Source of the DNA: Pecten maximus
Taxonomy: Eukaryota
Assembly: GCF_902652985.1 (NCBI RefSeq)
Contig: NC_047016.1
Location: 23,746,001 to 23,810,000 of the forward strand
Length of the DNA stretch: 64,000 nt
Reading direction: 5' to 3'
Both the position numbers and the translations under genes were made by a program. This document shows, in pieces, positions 42,284 to 53,997 of the stretch. How positions within the stretch are numbered: the first letter of the stretch is position 1; each line of letters begins with the position of its first letter. The notes beneath the pieces are model-generated. The model had not been told where the DNA came from, ran no database searches, and saw only the letters and a program-made list of their open reading frames with translations.

Positions 42284-44744
42284 TTTGCATTTTAACGTAA
42301 AAAGAGAATCGACGTTTATGCTTTTATAAAGCTTTTTATAATATGTGACCATACCGGCATGGTTATTTTGTGCTATATGTCTTTATTTGTTTTCCTGAAA
42401 CTTGAATTTACGCTTGTTTTGCCGAGATATACAGCTAGCTTAGCAAATTAAATGTCAAAATCAAGACCCAGTGATAGCCATGATACATATTAACAATTGG
42501 TTACGTTACTTCTGTTTAATTGCAACAGAAAAGTGTTTTTTAATCTGGATAAATATCACTTGATTTACTATTTAAATGAAACTTAAGTTCAGCAGGGATA
42601 TTTAAGTTCCCCGACTAACACACCGGATTGAAACACAGCCATGCGAAGCCAATGCATTCCTTTCATATAGAGTAAATATAGTAGAAGCATATTTTAAACA
42701 ATTATCACCTTTGTAATGACAAACAGCTTTGAGGGATCCCTTTGTTAACTTTTACGTTTTAGAGCGATTTTGAAGTTTTGTGATCAATTCTTATGTATAT
42801 ACCGATACCAAGGATGGTTTTAATTGTTGGTGTGCACACCCCCAGGATTGGATTTGTACAATATGTCGGACCAAGAAATTCGGAAGTCATAGCAATGCGA
42901 CACCAGCTGTGAGTGACATTGTGAAATGCAGACAGGTTCCAGTTATTGTAATCATCCATGCTCAATTGCTGTCAGTGTAATAAATAAACATCCCCCTTAC
43001 GCCTGAGGTTATATCTCACAAATATTCGTCATTAGTAATATAATTTCCAATTTCTCCTAGTTATCCATTCATTGGAAAACGCATCCAATTATTTCTATTT
43101 AGCAAAACCACAACCAGATGGTTCATGTACCTTTGTGTGGGAATGTGTATCGGATTGATGCTTTGTCTAATCTGACAAGAATAATGGAAAAAAAGATAAA
43201 TGTTAAATTGGGCAATTTAGATGTAAGCACAGTTTAAAAATAAAATGCTAGAGCATCCAATTGTCGGCGTTACAGTGGATAATATATTTAGAAGTAGTGT
43301 CCTTCAGCAATACATCACTGTAAATGTATATTTGGGGAAGGCGTAGATACGTTGTTATAACTTGTGTCTAATGCTTTGTTGTAAGTTTAACAATAAATAT
43401 GTTTTCAATATCGTTCCTTTGACCTAAACGCGAAGGTCCACCGCTCCTTTGCCATCGTGTTTTCGCTCCTTCGCTCCTTCGTCATCGTTTTTCGCTCCTT
43501 CGCTATCGTGTTTGGATATTGGAAATTTGGCCCTAACGGAACACTATAGAAACATGAATATCAACTTCTACCATACAGCTTGTTTCGTCCGTTTATAGGA
43601 CTATCCAGTCATTCCAGAACCACAATGTTATTCGTCAAGTTATATTTCATTTAACCCTCTGTTCTTTTTTCTTCTAGCAGTTGCCATCTCTCATATTTTT
43701 GGGGAAAATATGGCGCCAAACACTCCGAAAAATACATATGAAACTTATGGAATACTTGTATGAAAAGTGTTTCTGTTTTGTCATCATTATGAGAACGTGA
43801 TATCACAATTATTATATATATATGCAGTATATATACACATGTCCATCAGTCGATTGTGTTGGGACGGGACAGAGGACCCCGAGTCGGCAGACAGGGTACT
43901 AACATTAAAACCTATTGTAATCGGTACAACATTCTGTTGTAAAAGGTGTTGACAAGATTCATATGCTTAGTATTAAAACTATCACAGCGATCCGTGTTCA
44001 CAGCCAGATTTTACAGTTCGTATAAGTTGTTCATACATACAATATTAATACCGTGTATTTGAATTCCTCAGAGGCCTTATAAACGAGTTGACGAATTTCT
44101 AGCGCTCGGGAGCAAATGCAATTATTGTAACCCATCTATGATAAATAAACGAATGTAAGAATCTCTCTATCATACTACTTAGATATTTTGCTTCATATTT
44201 GAATACATTATCTATTTAGGCGGATACAAACTAAAGGCGATACTTTTTATTCTTCTTTTGTCCTGATAAGTTGAATACTTTGTGGAGAACATATTACTAG
44301 TAGTTAACATTGCTGTTTTAATGGGCCATAGTTTTAGACCGATCGTTGTAAATGTAATCCTATTGATGTCGTTAGTATCTACAGGTCCATGTGAATTTCA
44401 TTTGAGTTAGATGTCTGTCTGTTATATCCATGTTTTTATTTTAACATCCTCTACGACCGGACATTCAGCATGTACATGTAAGTTAAACCTATGAACTCAA
44501 GATAATTCTAGATTGGCGCTCTACAAATTGCTTGTTAGCGAGGCAATTTAAAAGATGCCGAAATGAATAACGACATCAAATCGTCGAATGATTGCTATTA
44601 AATATGAGCTAGCCTATTCAAACCATAAACCTATTTGTGAAACAGTACATATAATTATGGTAGATATGGTGATTTGTAGAAATTGCTAGAACAGGAGACT
44701 GGATTTCAAGCCTACGCCATGACTTAATTACAGACAATGACAAG

Positions 44745-44752
44745 TATATAAA
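44745..44752 (+). promoter_or_regulatory. TATA box of gene A
   Basis: TATATAAA about 90 bp upstream of the ATG at 44834. Confidence 0.6.
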
Positions 44753-44833
44753 GAGGCGGAGTGGGTACCTCTCTATACTCTCTGTCATTTATCCACTGAC
44801 TGGTGCTGATATCCTGTAGGAGAGCGACAGAAA

Positions 44834-44897
44834 ATGGCGACGATTTTTAACCTTATTCTCTTGTCGTTGTCTGTGTGTCTGGTGGCAGCAAGGCCGG
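44834..44897 (+). CDS. Gene A coding exon 1: signal peptide (MATIFNLILLSLSVCLVAARP+G) of a 162-aa secreted protein with two six-cysteine modules
   Basis: AAAATGG start context, hydrophobic signal-like peptide, donor G|GTATGT at 44898 (phase 1), TATA box about 90 bp upstream of the ATG. Confidence 0.8.
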
Positions 44898-46246
44898 GTA
44901 TGTATAATATTAGTACATCTTGATATTACCAAAATACTTTGTGTCCATTACATCTCCAACGTTGCTACATATAAATATATTGCTATTTTATCTTCTATAT
45001 CTTGCAATTCACATTTCAGATTTTTCGGCATAGCCGTATAATTTTCTTTTGTTCCCGGATATGACGCAACAGGTGGCGTTACTGGTCAAGATGAAGTATG
45101 TGATTGGTCAATGTAGCGGTAAATGCAAAATGCAGACATACAATTAAAGACGAAACAAAATTAAGATTGAATGCAAGCTGAATAAGTGAATGTATCTATT
45201 CAAATGACACATTAATAAAATCATATTCCTGATTCAAATGCAGTCTTATTATCACCAAAAATGATTCAAACTGGTATAATTTTGTTATCCGTGCTGAAAC
45301 TGCGCATTTATTACTTAGTTCGTTAATTTATTTCACCAGCAGTTTTACATTATAACCACCAGCATTAAAGCTATGCCGTTTATCTTTTTTAAAGATATTT
45401 CTTGTTGAATATGTGTTTTAAAACTTGTACATGTTATGTCCGTTCGGAAACGTATTATTACATACATTTTTATGGTGCATATCTAGAATGAATTTTATCA
45501 TTGACAGAATATGGCGGTTTTCGTATTAAAGTGAAGGTTTCATTAATAGCACGAATGTTTAACTAAGTCTTAATCACAATTGCTACATGTACTAAATACT
45601 TGGTAGAGATTTAGAGGGTTAGAATATTATATCAACGACTACATATAAATAAATTAATAAAAGATATTTTCACACAAAATAAATATGACATACTTATATA
45701 GGAAACGCACCTTCCTGCTACTAACGTATATAAGAATAAACATAACATTGTGATTTATACATTACATGTTTAACCAGCATATGATGTGCACCACTGCAAT
45801 GATTGACATGACATAACAGCGTAAAATATATTGTTTTCCGTAATTCCAGAATAAAGAAGTCGGTGTTAAAATGAATGATTATAAACCAAAGCTGCATGCG
45901 TCAAATACTAAATTATTGTACAAGTTCGAACTAACCTTCCTTTAGATCTGCCAGAGCTCTATATTTTAGATACCGACACTAAATGATCCCTATCTTTCAA
46001 TTAGTACTACTTAGCGACATACGGATTATTACATCACGAAAATGGCTGATACATCTACATTTATGTTGTGAAAGTAATGCCATTTTACATTTCATATCTT
46101 ACTGTTTTTTAAAAAAAGGTCAGTGCAAAGAGTAAGTGTTTTTTGTTTGTTTCTAATTCCGTTTATGAAAAGTGTCCTAACAAACGACATCCTGTTTGAT
46201 CATCAATAAATTGACGGAAGCTAGACATTTAGTTACATTGAGTATT

Positions 46247-46531
46247 ATTCATATCCTATATTTTCGGTAGCCGAAAGGAGATAGTCAATGTCAACAACTT
46301 TATGAACATAATTGATTCGGGGTTTAATTGATTGCTTAATTCATTGCAGTTTTGGAGTGTATGTTGTAAATGTAGGATGATTGTTTTCATTCATATCCTT
46401 TATTTTCGGTAGCCGAAAGGTAATAGTAACTGTCAACAACTTATTGAACATAATTTATTCGGGGTTTAATTGATTTCTTAATTCACTGCAGTTTTTGAGT
46501 GTATGTTGTAAATGTAGGATGATTGTTTTCA
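46247..46531. repeat. Tandem duplication, 2 x 142 bp, in gene A intron 1
   Basis: attcatatcct..ttttcggtagccgaaagg at 46247 and 46389. Confidence 0.9.
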
Positions 46532-46672
46532 CATTGATAACGAAAATAAATGTAGGATACTTTTGATCACTCAACCAAGAAAACTTACTTAATGACAAGT
46601 TTTAAACTTAAAAAGTATGCGAACAAATCAAGACGTTAAGAGCCTTTTTGTTGTGTCAATATAACGTGATTG

Positions 46673-46741
46673 TCCGTAGTGACATCACATCCGTAATGAC
46701 ATCACATCCGTAGTGACGTCACCTCCGTAGTGACGTCACAA
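46673..46741. repeat. 17-bp repeat x4 carrying CRE-type palindromes
   Basis: Unit ccgtagtgac(a/g)tcac(a/c)t; two TGACGTCA and two TGACATCA. Confidence 0.85.
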
Positions 46742-46786
46742 TCGATTTCTGAATGGTGTAGCTAATGAAAAGGCTCACGGTTATTT

Positions 46787-47139
46787 AAGGATTAACATCA
46801 ATTATTTTTTCTGTTATACAGTCATAACAGAAAAAACTGGAGTGTACTCTAAATAAACCGCGAAGCGGTTTATGAAGAGAGTACACTCCAGTTTTTTTAT
46901 GTTATGACTGTATAACAGAAAAAATAATTAATGTTAATTCTTATAATTTAATTTCGTCTTATACACACCAAGATATTTCACTTTCTTTGGCGAACTCTTT
47001 TCTGTGATCAATTATTACGCAAAGTCATCAGCCAATCAAAAATGACGTTACATTTCGCAACGTCAAAAATTTTGTTATGGAGGTATAACAAAATTATTTC
47101 AGCCAATGAAAATGCGTGTTTCATACAAAATTAAATTAT
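46787..47139. mobile_element. Bipartite palindromic non-autonomous element (Crypton-like), young
   Basis: ~75-bp near-perfect stem closed by CCGCGAAGCGG (46858-46868), followed by ataatttaattt...aaattaaattat inverted repeat enclosing two agccaat boxes. Confidence 0.72.
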
Positions 47140-48129
47140 ATTATACAAGTGACATTCGCAAGCATATTACAACGGGAAAAATGATAATAAATAAAAGCGA
47201 TAAACTAACCTACCTTTCACACATTTACTCGTTCAGCGTAGCTGAAGTAATAATAAATGCCAAACGCATTCCCAACGTATATTACTTGAAAAATATTGAA
47301 GCATTTAAAATTGCTTTGTAATAATTTTGACATTTTGTTGCACTTTTTGAAATGAATTTTTCATATTCAAACATTAACCCTGCTCTCTGATTGGCTATTT
47401 TACAATTTTTGAAATATTACGTTCAATCAAAACATCTCTTTTTGTTTTTACCAAAGAAGCTATTATTTCACTGGTGACATCAACATAAATTGGAAACTTA
47501 AGTATTTTGTGTCAGTGCAGAATCACTATTAACATGAGTTTGTATCTGTGTACACAGAACAAGATGACGTTATGACGTATGCGTGCACATCTAATTAGAA
47601 AAACAGCAACTTTTAACCCAGCACTGAAAACATATTTTCGTGTACAATACGTAATATGTAAAAAAATATAAATACCAATTTGCCGTATAAAGTATTTTCG
47701 GTGTACACGTATTAAATGGAGTGACGTCTTGTTTTTTCACAGCTTGGCGTTGTCGTATGTTTACTATTGTTTAAGTAACAGTTTAATAAAGGAATATTGC
47801 CCTCTCCTTCAATCGTTGTTACATTTCATGATGTGATTGAAATAACATAAATTGATTTCTGAAATATCAATCTGAATAAATTGAAACTGCTTTTATATTT
47901 GGTAAAGCAAAATTACAGTTTGGCAATTATGTTTAAATATCTAATACCTGAACATTAAAACGTTTTGCTGTTAGGACACAATACCGAAAATCCCCCTATC
48001 TATAATAGCTTACATTGGTAATCAACAACTTAATATTGATCGCGGTATAACAAGGTCTTGTCACTTTCATGTGTTATTTCAGAGCATGCGATATTCAGGT
48101 TTTATTAATTGTTATTTTCTTATTTTCAG

Positions 48130-48238
48130 GAGTTCGAGATATGACCGAAATGATGTGTACTATGAGTGTTAGTGGATGTATGGGAGATATCGCCACCGCT
48201 GACTATACTTCTCCAGCTGGTATAGCGAGGATATGTAG
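48130..48238 (+). CDS. Gene A coding exon 2 (GVRDMTEMMCTMSVSGCMGDIATADYTSPAGIARIC): first half of six-Cys module 1
   Basis: Acceptor ttttcttattttcAG, donor AG|GTAAGG; 109 nt, phase 1 to 2, open and in frame with flanking exons. Confidence 0.85.
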
Positions 48239-50380
48239 GTAAGGTAGTATGTAGGTATGTAGGTAAGGTCGTATGTAGGTATGTAGGTAAGGTAGTATGT
48301 AGGTAAGGTAGTAAGTAGGTATGTAGGTAAGGTAGTATGTAGGTATGTAGGTAAGGTAGTATGTAGGTATGTAGGTAAGGTCGTATGTAGGTATGTAGGT
48401 AAGGTAGTATGTAGGTAAGGTAGTAAGTAGGTATGTAGGTAAGGTATAGCGAGGATATGTAGGTAAGGTAGTATGTAGGTATGTAGGTAAGGTAGTATGT
48501 AGGTATGTAGGTAAGGTAGTATGTAGGTATGTAGATAAGGTAGTATGTAGGTATGTAGGCAAGGTAGTATGTAGGTATGTAGGTAAGGTAGTATGTAGGT
48601 ATGGTAGTATGTAGGTATGTAGGTATGGTAGTATGTAGGTATGTAGGTAAGGTAGTATGTAGGTATGTAGATAAGGTAGTATGTAGGTATGTAGGCAAGG
48701 TAGTATGTAGGTATGTAGGTAAGGTGGTATGTAGGTATGTAGGTAAGGTAGTAAGGTATGTAGGTATGTAGGTAAGGTAGTATGTAGGTATGTAGGTAAG
48801 GTAGTATGTAGGTATGTAGGTAAGGTAGTATGTAGGTATGTAGGTAAGGTGTAGTGTAAGGTAGATGTAGGTAGGTCGTATGTAGGATGGAAAGGTGTTA
48901 GGTAGTAGGTAAGGTAGTATGTGTGTGTAAGGTAGTATGTAGGTAGTAGTAGTGTATAGGTATGAGGTAGTAGTAGGTATGTAGGTAAGGTTCGTATGTA
49001 GTAGGTAGTAGTAGGTAGGGTGTAGGTATATAGGTATGTAGGTAAGTAGTATGTAGGTATATAGGTAAGGTAGTATGTAGGTAAGGTAGTATGTAGGTAT
49101 GTAGGTAAGGTCGTATGTAGGTATATAGGTATGTAGGTAAGTAGTATGTAGGTATATAGGTAAGGTAGTATGTAGGTAAGGTAGTATGTAGGTATGTAGG
49201 TAAGGTATGTAGGTATGTAGTAAGGTAGTGGTATGTAGGTAAGTGTATGTAGGTAAGGTATATGTAGGTATGTAGTAGGTGGTAGTAGGTAGGTATGTAT
49301 GTTAGGTAGTAGTAGTTAGTAGATGTAGGTGTAGTAGGTTATGTAGGTCAGTGTAGGTAGTAGGTAGGTAGGTAAGGTAGTAGTAGGTAGTGTAGGTAGT
49401 AGGTATGTAGGAAGGTGTATGTAGGTTTGTATAGGTGAGTAGTTGTAGGTATGTAGGTAAGGCGTATATGTAGGTATAGAGGTATTAGGTAGTGTATGGT
49501 AATTGGTAGGTTTTATAGGTAGGTAATTAGATTAGGTAGGTGTAGTAGTAGGTTATAGGTAGTAGGTAAGGTATGTAGTAGGTAGTGTGGTATAGTTGTA
49601 GGTAGTGTATGTAAGGTAGGTTATTGTAGGTATGTAGGTAGTATGTAGTATGTAGGTATGGTAGTATGTAGGTAAGGTCGTATGTAGGTATGTAGGTAAG
49701 GTCGTATGTAGGTATGTAGGTAAGGTCGTATGTAGGTATGTAGGTAAGGTCGTATGTAGGTATGTAGGTAAGGTAGTTTGTAGGTATGTAGGTAAGGTAG
49801 TTTGTAGGTATGTAGGTAAGGTAGTATGTAGGTATGTAGGTAAGGTAGTATGTAGGTATGTAGGTAAGGTAGTATGTAGGTAAGGTCGTATGTAGGTATG
49901 TAGGTAAGGTCGTATGTAGGTAAGGTAGTATGTAGGTATGTAGGTAAGGTAGTATGTAGGTATGTAGGTAAGGTAGTATGTAGGTATGTAGGTAAGGTAG
50001 TATGTAGGTAAGGTAGTATGTAGGTATGTAGATAAGGTCGTATGTAGGTAAGGTAGTGTGTAGGTAAGGTAGTATGTAGGTAAGGTAGTATGTAGGTATG
50101 TAGATAAGGTAGTATGTAGTTAAGGTAGTATGTAGGTATGTAGGTATGTAGGTAAGGTAGTATGTAGGTATGTAGGTAAGGTCGTATGTAGGTATGTAGG
50201 TAAGGTAGTATGTAGGTATGTAGGTAAGGTCGTATGTAGGTATGTAGGTAAGGTAGTATGTAGTTATGTAGGTAAGGTAGTATGTAGGTAAGGTAGTATG
50301 TAGGTATGTAGGTAAGGTAGTATGTAGGTATGTAGGTAAGGTAGTATGTAGGTATGTAGGTAAGGTAGTATGTAGGTACA
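48232..50380. repeat. 8/16/24-bp G/T-rich minisatellite starting at the gene A exon 2 donor
   Basis: Subunits atgtaggt and aaggtagt; degenerate centre ~48850-49650. Confidence 0.97.
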
Positions 50381-50677
50381 TGTAATGCTGTGTTGGTAAA
50401 TGAAGCATGTAGGTAAGTTGATATCATTAATGATATCATTGAATCAAAGCCTGTATTGTGTTTAGATTATTGTTTAGTGATACTGCGGCTTGTACCTTTG
50501 TACTTCGCGTGATACACTTGAGACTTCAGAAACAACTTCGCTTTCATGGGATTTATAATATCTTTCATATTGATATGTATTGACTGCGTAGCAGGTGTAT
50601 TATTTTGACGGAATTTAAACTTTTAACACACAACTTGGCAAAATTTGATCTACAATTATGATTTTCTCTATTCTCAG

Positions 50678-50796
50678 CTCAATGCACGCTCCGTTTGACA
50701 GCTGTGTGGACAACTTGCCGGAACATTGTGCACCCTATATGGAACAGTTCAACCTAGGGGAAATGCGCTCTGGTTTAGATCAACTTTGTCGCAAAG
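50678..50796 (+). CDS. Gene A coding exon 3 (SSMHAPFDSCVDNLPEHCAPYMEQFNLGEMRSGLDQLCRK): second half of module 1
   Basis: Acceptor ttttctctattctcAG, donor AG|GTAAAA; 119 nt, phase 2 to 1; lies within ORF 50658..50861. Confidence 0.88.
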
Positions 50797-50998
50797 GTAA
50801 AATCGATCACGATAATACAAGGAGCCCATCATCGGGACCTTATAAGCGAGTGGTATTATAATGATACACCCGCAATGTTCTGTGTAGATACTCAGTACCT
50901 AGGTAAGAAGCTAATATTTGATATATGTATTAAGGTTCATATTATATCTAAAATCGTATTATGTTCCGCCTCGAATCTAATAATATATTTCTTTGTAG

Positions 50999-51077
50999 AC
51001 GGCTGTACGGTGTCTGATATGATATCATGCATGGCCATTATAGAACAGTCTGGAAACAGCGCTGCTGCAATATGCAG
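50999..51077 (+). CDS. Gene A coding exon 4 (DGCTVSDMISCMAIIEQSGNSAAAIC): first half of module 2
   Basis: Acceptor tttctttgtAG, donor CAG|GTACAT; 79 nt, phase 1 to 2; paralogous to exon 2. Confidence 0.88.
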
Positions 51078-51142
51078 GTACATTCACTCCTACTACTAAT
51101 GGTCATTAGTCAGTGTAAAAGATGTCTGTGATTGTAATCACG

Positions 51143-51268
51143 TAGACTGGATTGTGTGCCTTAGTACCATTTCTCTCCGCCAGGCTGCGCTCATGAATAT
51201 GATTTTTTTGAATTTTCGAAGCGAAGCCTAACAGAGAGTAGAAAAACTACGGCAGGTAATCCAGTCTA
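51143..51268. mobile_element. 126-bp MITE with TAG...CTA termini
   Basis: tagactggatt..tgcc.tagt / actacggca..aatccagtcta. Confidence 0.7.
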
Positions 51269-51857
51269 TGTACTAACGCCGAAGTATCCTTCTCAGACAT
51301 ATTTACGTTTGCTGTTATTTTTCATGTCGTGCTATATCAATATTATCCAAGCGTTTCTCCAACATTGAAAGTATTTATTTCATCCCGATATGGATTTCAA
51401 ACCGCTTACAAAGAGATTTGAATGCTATACTTTGGCATCCTGATCTTTCATTTGGTAGCATCGTATACATAATATCGATGTCATGTCATTAATTACATTT
51501 CATAAGTGAAAGGTTGTAGAAAATATAAAGATGTTAAATGGTCAAAATTATGGTCTTATTGAGGAATATTCGACATGCTATATATCTGTTAATACTAACG
51601 GAAACATCGTATTTTTTTAACTACATGTAGTACCATGGTTCTTACGTTGAAAACGTGGCATTTCTTATCAAAGACGCAAAAGACAAGGAATCGCGCTTTA
51701 ACTTCTATTTGTCTTGTGGTCTTAAAGTAAAACTGTTGTTCTTTTATTGTTTATTTTATTTTCATAGCCTGACTTTTAATTTTAATGTGAAATTCTTTTA
51801 CTCGTCAGCATAAACCTGTTTTCATATAAATCAGTAATACATCTAAACATTTTTCAG

Positions 51858-51975
51858 TGTGAAAGAACAATACCTTGACTGTGACAGCGGACTTCCCGAT
51901 GCGTGCAGATCTGACTCAAACTACAACCAGAACATGGCACCTCTTCGTACAATGCTTGAGTCCATGAATTGCTAA
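51858..51975 (+). CDS. Gene A coding exon 5 (SVKEQYLDCDSGLPDACRSDSNYNQNMAPLRTMLESMNC*): second half of module 2 and stop
   Basis: Acceptor tttttcAG, phase 2, TAA at 51973-51975; the five exons sum to 489 nt (162 aa + stop); paralogous to exon 3. Confidence 0.87.
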
Positions 51976-52285
51976 GGTAAATATGGTGGCCAGTTTTGTA
52001 CGTTTCGAATATCATTCATGTCGGTATGACTGATGGTACACTGTACCTCGGCAAATGTTTAAATTAATCACGAAATATATTTTCAGCTATAGCACGTTAA
52101 ATGCTCATAATAATAATAATGAAATAAAAATATTTTGTAAAGTCAAGATAGTACATAATATAAATGATAGACAACATCGTATAATTTTGAGAGTCAAGGC
52201 GGTCTGTACAGGTATAAGTCCCAATAACCTCAGTATTATAATATGGTATCAGATATGGTCTTACATTCGTGTGCTTTAATTTCAG

Positions 52286-52400
52286 GTTAATCAAGAACAA
52301 CAGCAGTCTGTGTAATAAGGATATCATCAGCATTATGACATTTGTGTTTGGTGTCCTTTACATAACAAATAAACTCTGTATGATAAGAGAAAACAAGTTA
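52286..52400 (+). other. Probable 3' UTR exon of gene A
   Basis: Donor AAG|GTAAAT one base after the stop codon (51977), acceptor ttaatttcAG at 52284-52285, AATAAA near 52368; 3' end approximate. Confidence 0.55.
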
Positions 52401-52909
52401 TTATTTTTGCATGTATCTTACGCACGGAAATGTGTTCGATCGGTTTTTCCGTCTGAACTAACCCGTTTCTCAATTTACGATTTATTTTGCGGTGTCGTCA
52501 ATGAAGGCGACTACGCTCAAGACACTTCATTTCCTCATTTTACTGTAATGATCTCGCTTTGAAATCAACATTTGTTCTAACTTTGCCACTATTTTATCAA
52601 TAATGAGTTTGTGTACATATTACTTTCCCCCTTTTTCTTATATGTTTTTAGTATATATTGTTAGCTACATGTAGTGTTTATATTCGGACACTCTCAAAAT
52701 ATGAAATCCGAATGTTACATTGCAGATACAGTCCTGTACATAAAAACTGGCATATTAGACAAGCTTAGTTTTTCTCAATTCTCATTTGCTAAAACATGGT
52801 CACATTTTGTTTTATTACATGACTTCGATTTTTTCCCTTTCCTGATTGGCCAATTCTAAACATTTTCACTTTGCTCAAATATTCTATCAACCCCGAATCC
52901 GTGCAACAG

Positions 52910-53398
52910 TGTGATATAACAATTCAACAACTCGAGTTCATACCCAAAGATATCCATGACGTCAAATCCGCGCTACAGGGTGATATAATAATCAAACAAC
53001 TCGAGCTCGTACCCAAATATAGTAACATGGGACTTCCCCACAGTCCATGACGTCAAATCCGCGCTACAGGGTGATATAATAATCAAACAACTCGAGCTCG
53101 TACCCAAATATAGTAACATGGGACTTCCCCACAGTCCACCACGTCAAATCCGCGCTACAGGGTGATATAATAATCAAACAACTCGAGCTCGTACCCAAAT
53201 ATAGTAACATGGGACTTCCACACAGTCCATGACGTCAAATCCGCGCTACAGGGTGATATAATAATCAAACAACTCGAGCTCGTACCCAAATATAGTAACA
53301 TGGGACTTCCCCACAGTCCATGACGTCAAATCCGCGCTACAGGGTGATATAATAATCAAACAACTCGAGCTCGTACCCAAATATAGTAACATGAGACT
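52910..53398. repeat. 91-bp tandem repeat, ~5 copies
   Basis: Unit gtgatataataatcaaacaactcgagctcgtacccaaatatagtaacatgggacttccccacagtccatgacgtcaaatccgcgctacagg. Confidence 0.96.
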
Positions 53399-53510
53399 TT
53401 CAAAAACTATTCAAAAATGTACAAAAATATGTAAGTATGTGCTCCCGGACAGAGTTTAGTAGACTGAATTCGTAGATGTTGTTACACCAACATTTTGTTG
53501 AATTTTAAGC

Positions 53511-53997
53511 AATAATAAAAAAAGAAGCTTAAATTCATTAATGTAATTCAATTCCGTCCTTTCGTCTTCAGTTAGTATTTTATTCTATTAGGTTGGTATT
53601 ACACCATATTGACCTCACCAGAGATCCATTATTGATAATTTTTATCTTTATTACAGGAAATTTACACTGGGACATTCATTGTGACGTCTCAATGATTATG
53701 ACGTCATAAACGCAACATTACCCTGGCGTTTCTGAAAATAGAAACATCAAGTTAATATCATACAAGATGGCCGATGGAAATATCATTTTCGAGGGTTGAT
53801 AAATCATCGTATTCACCTGAAAACAGGTTAATAACTGCTTTACTATATGACAAAACTGCAACATTTTCACATTACAAAATGAATCTCATTACCTGTCATA
53901 GGATTGGGTAGATAATAGTGATCGACTGGAGAAAAGTTCAAAATGACAATAAATAAGACAAATTCAGCAATGAATTTAAGCTTCGTTATTTATTATT
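53511..53997. mobile_element. ~490-bp MITE with ~29-bp inverted repeats
   Basis: aataataaa...gaagcttaaattcatt / aatgaatttaagcttc...tttattatt. Confidence 0.6.

Noticed and set aside
42780-43190. Cys-containing protein-like frames upstream of gene A
   Set aside because: Stops in all frames, no consistent splice sites, and Cys spacing does not match the six-Cys module
43440-43550. tcgctcct repeats ending in ggccctaacggaacac
   Set aside because: Probably a short interspersed-repeat remnant; cannot be classified from this copy
46119-46131. Possible micro-exon ending at A|GTAAGT in gene A intron 1
   Set aside because: Available acceptors give 13 or 8 nt, both frameshifting unless another unseen exon compensates
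48850-49650. Abruptly scrambled centre of the G/T-rich array
   Set aside because: Indel-rich noise between homogeneous flanks looks like unpolished long-read consensus rather than biology
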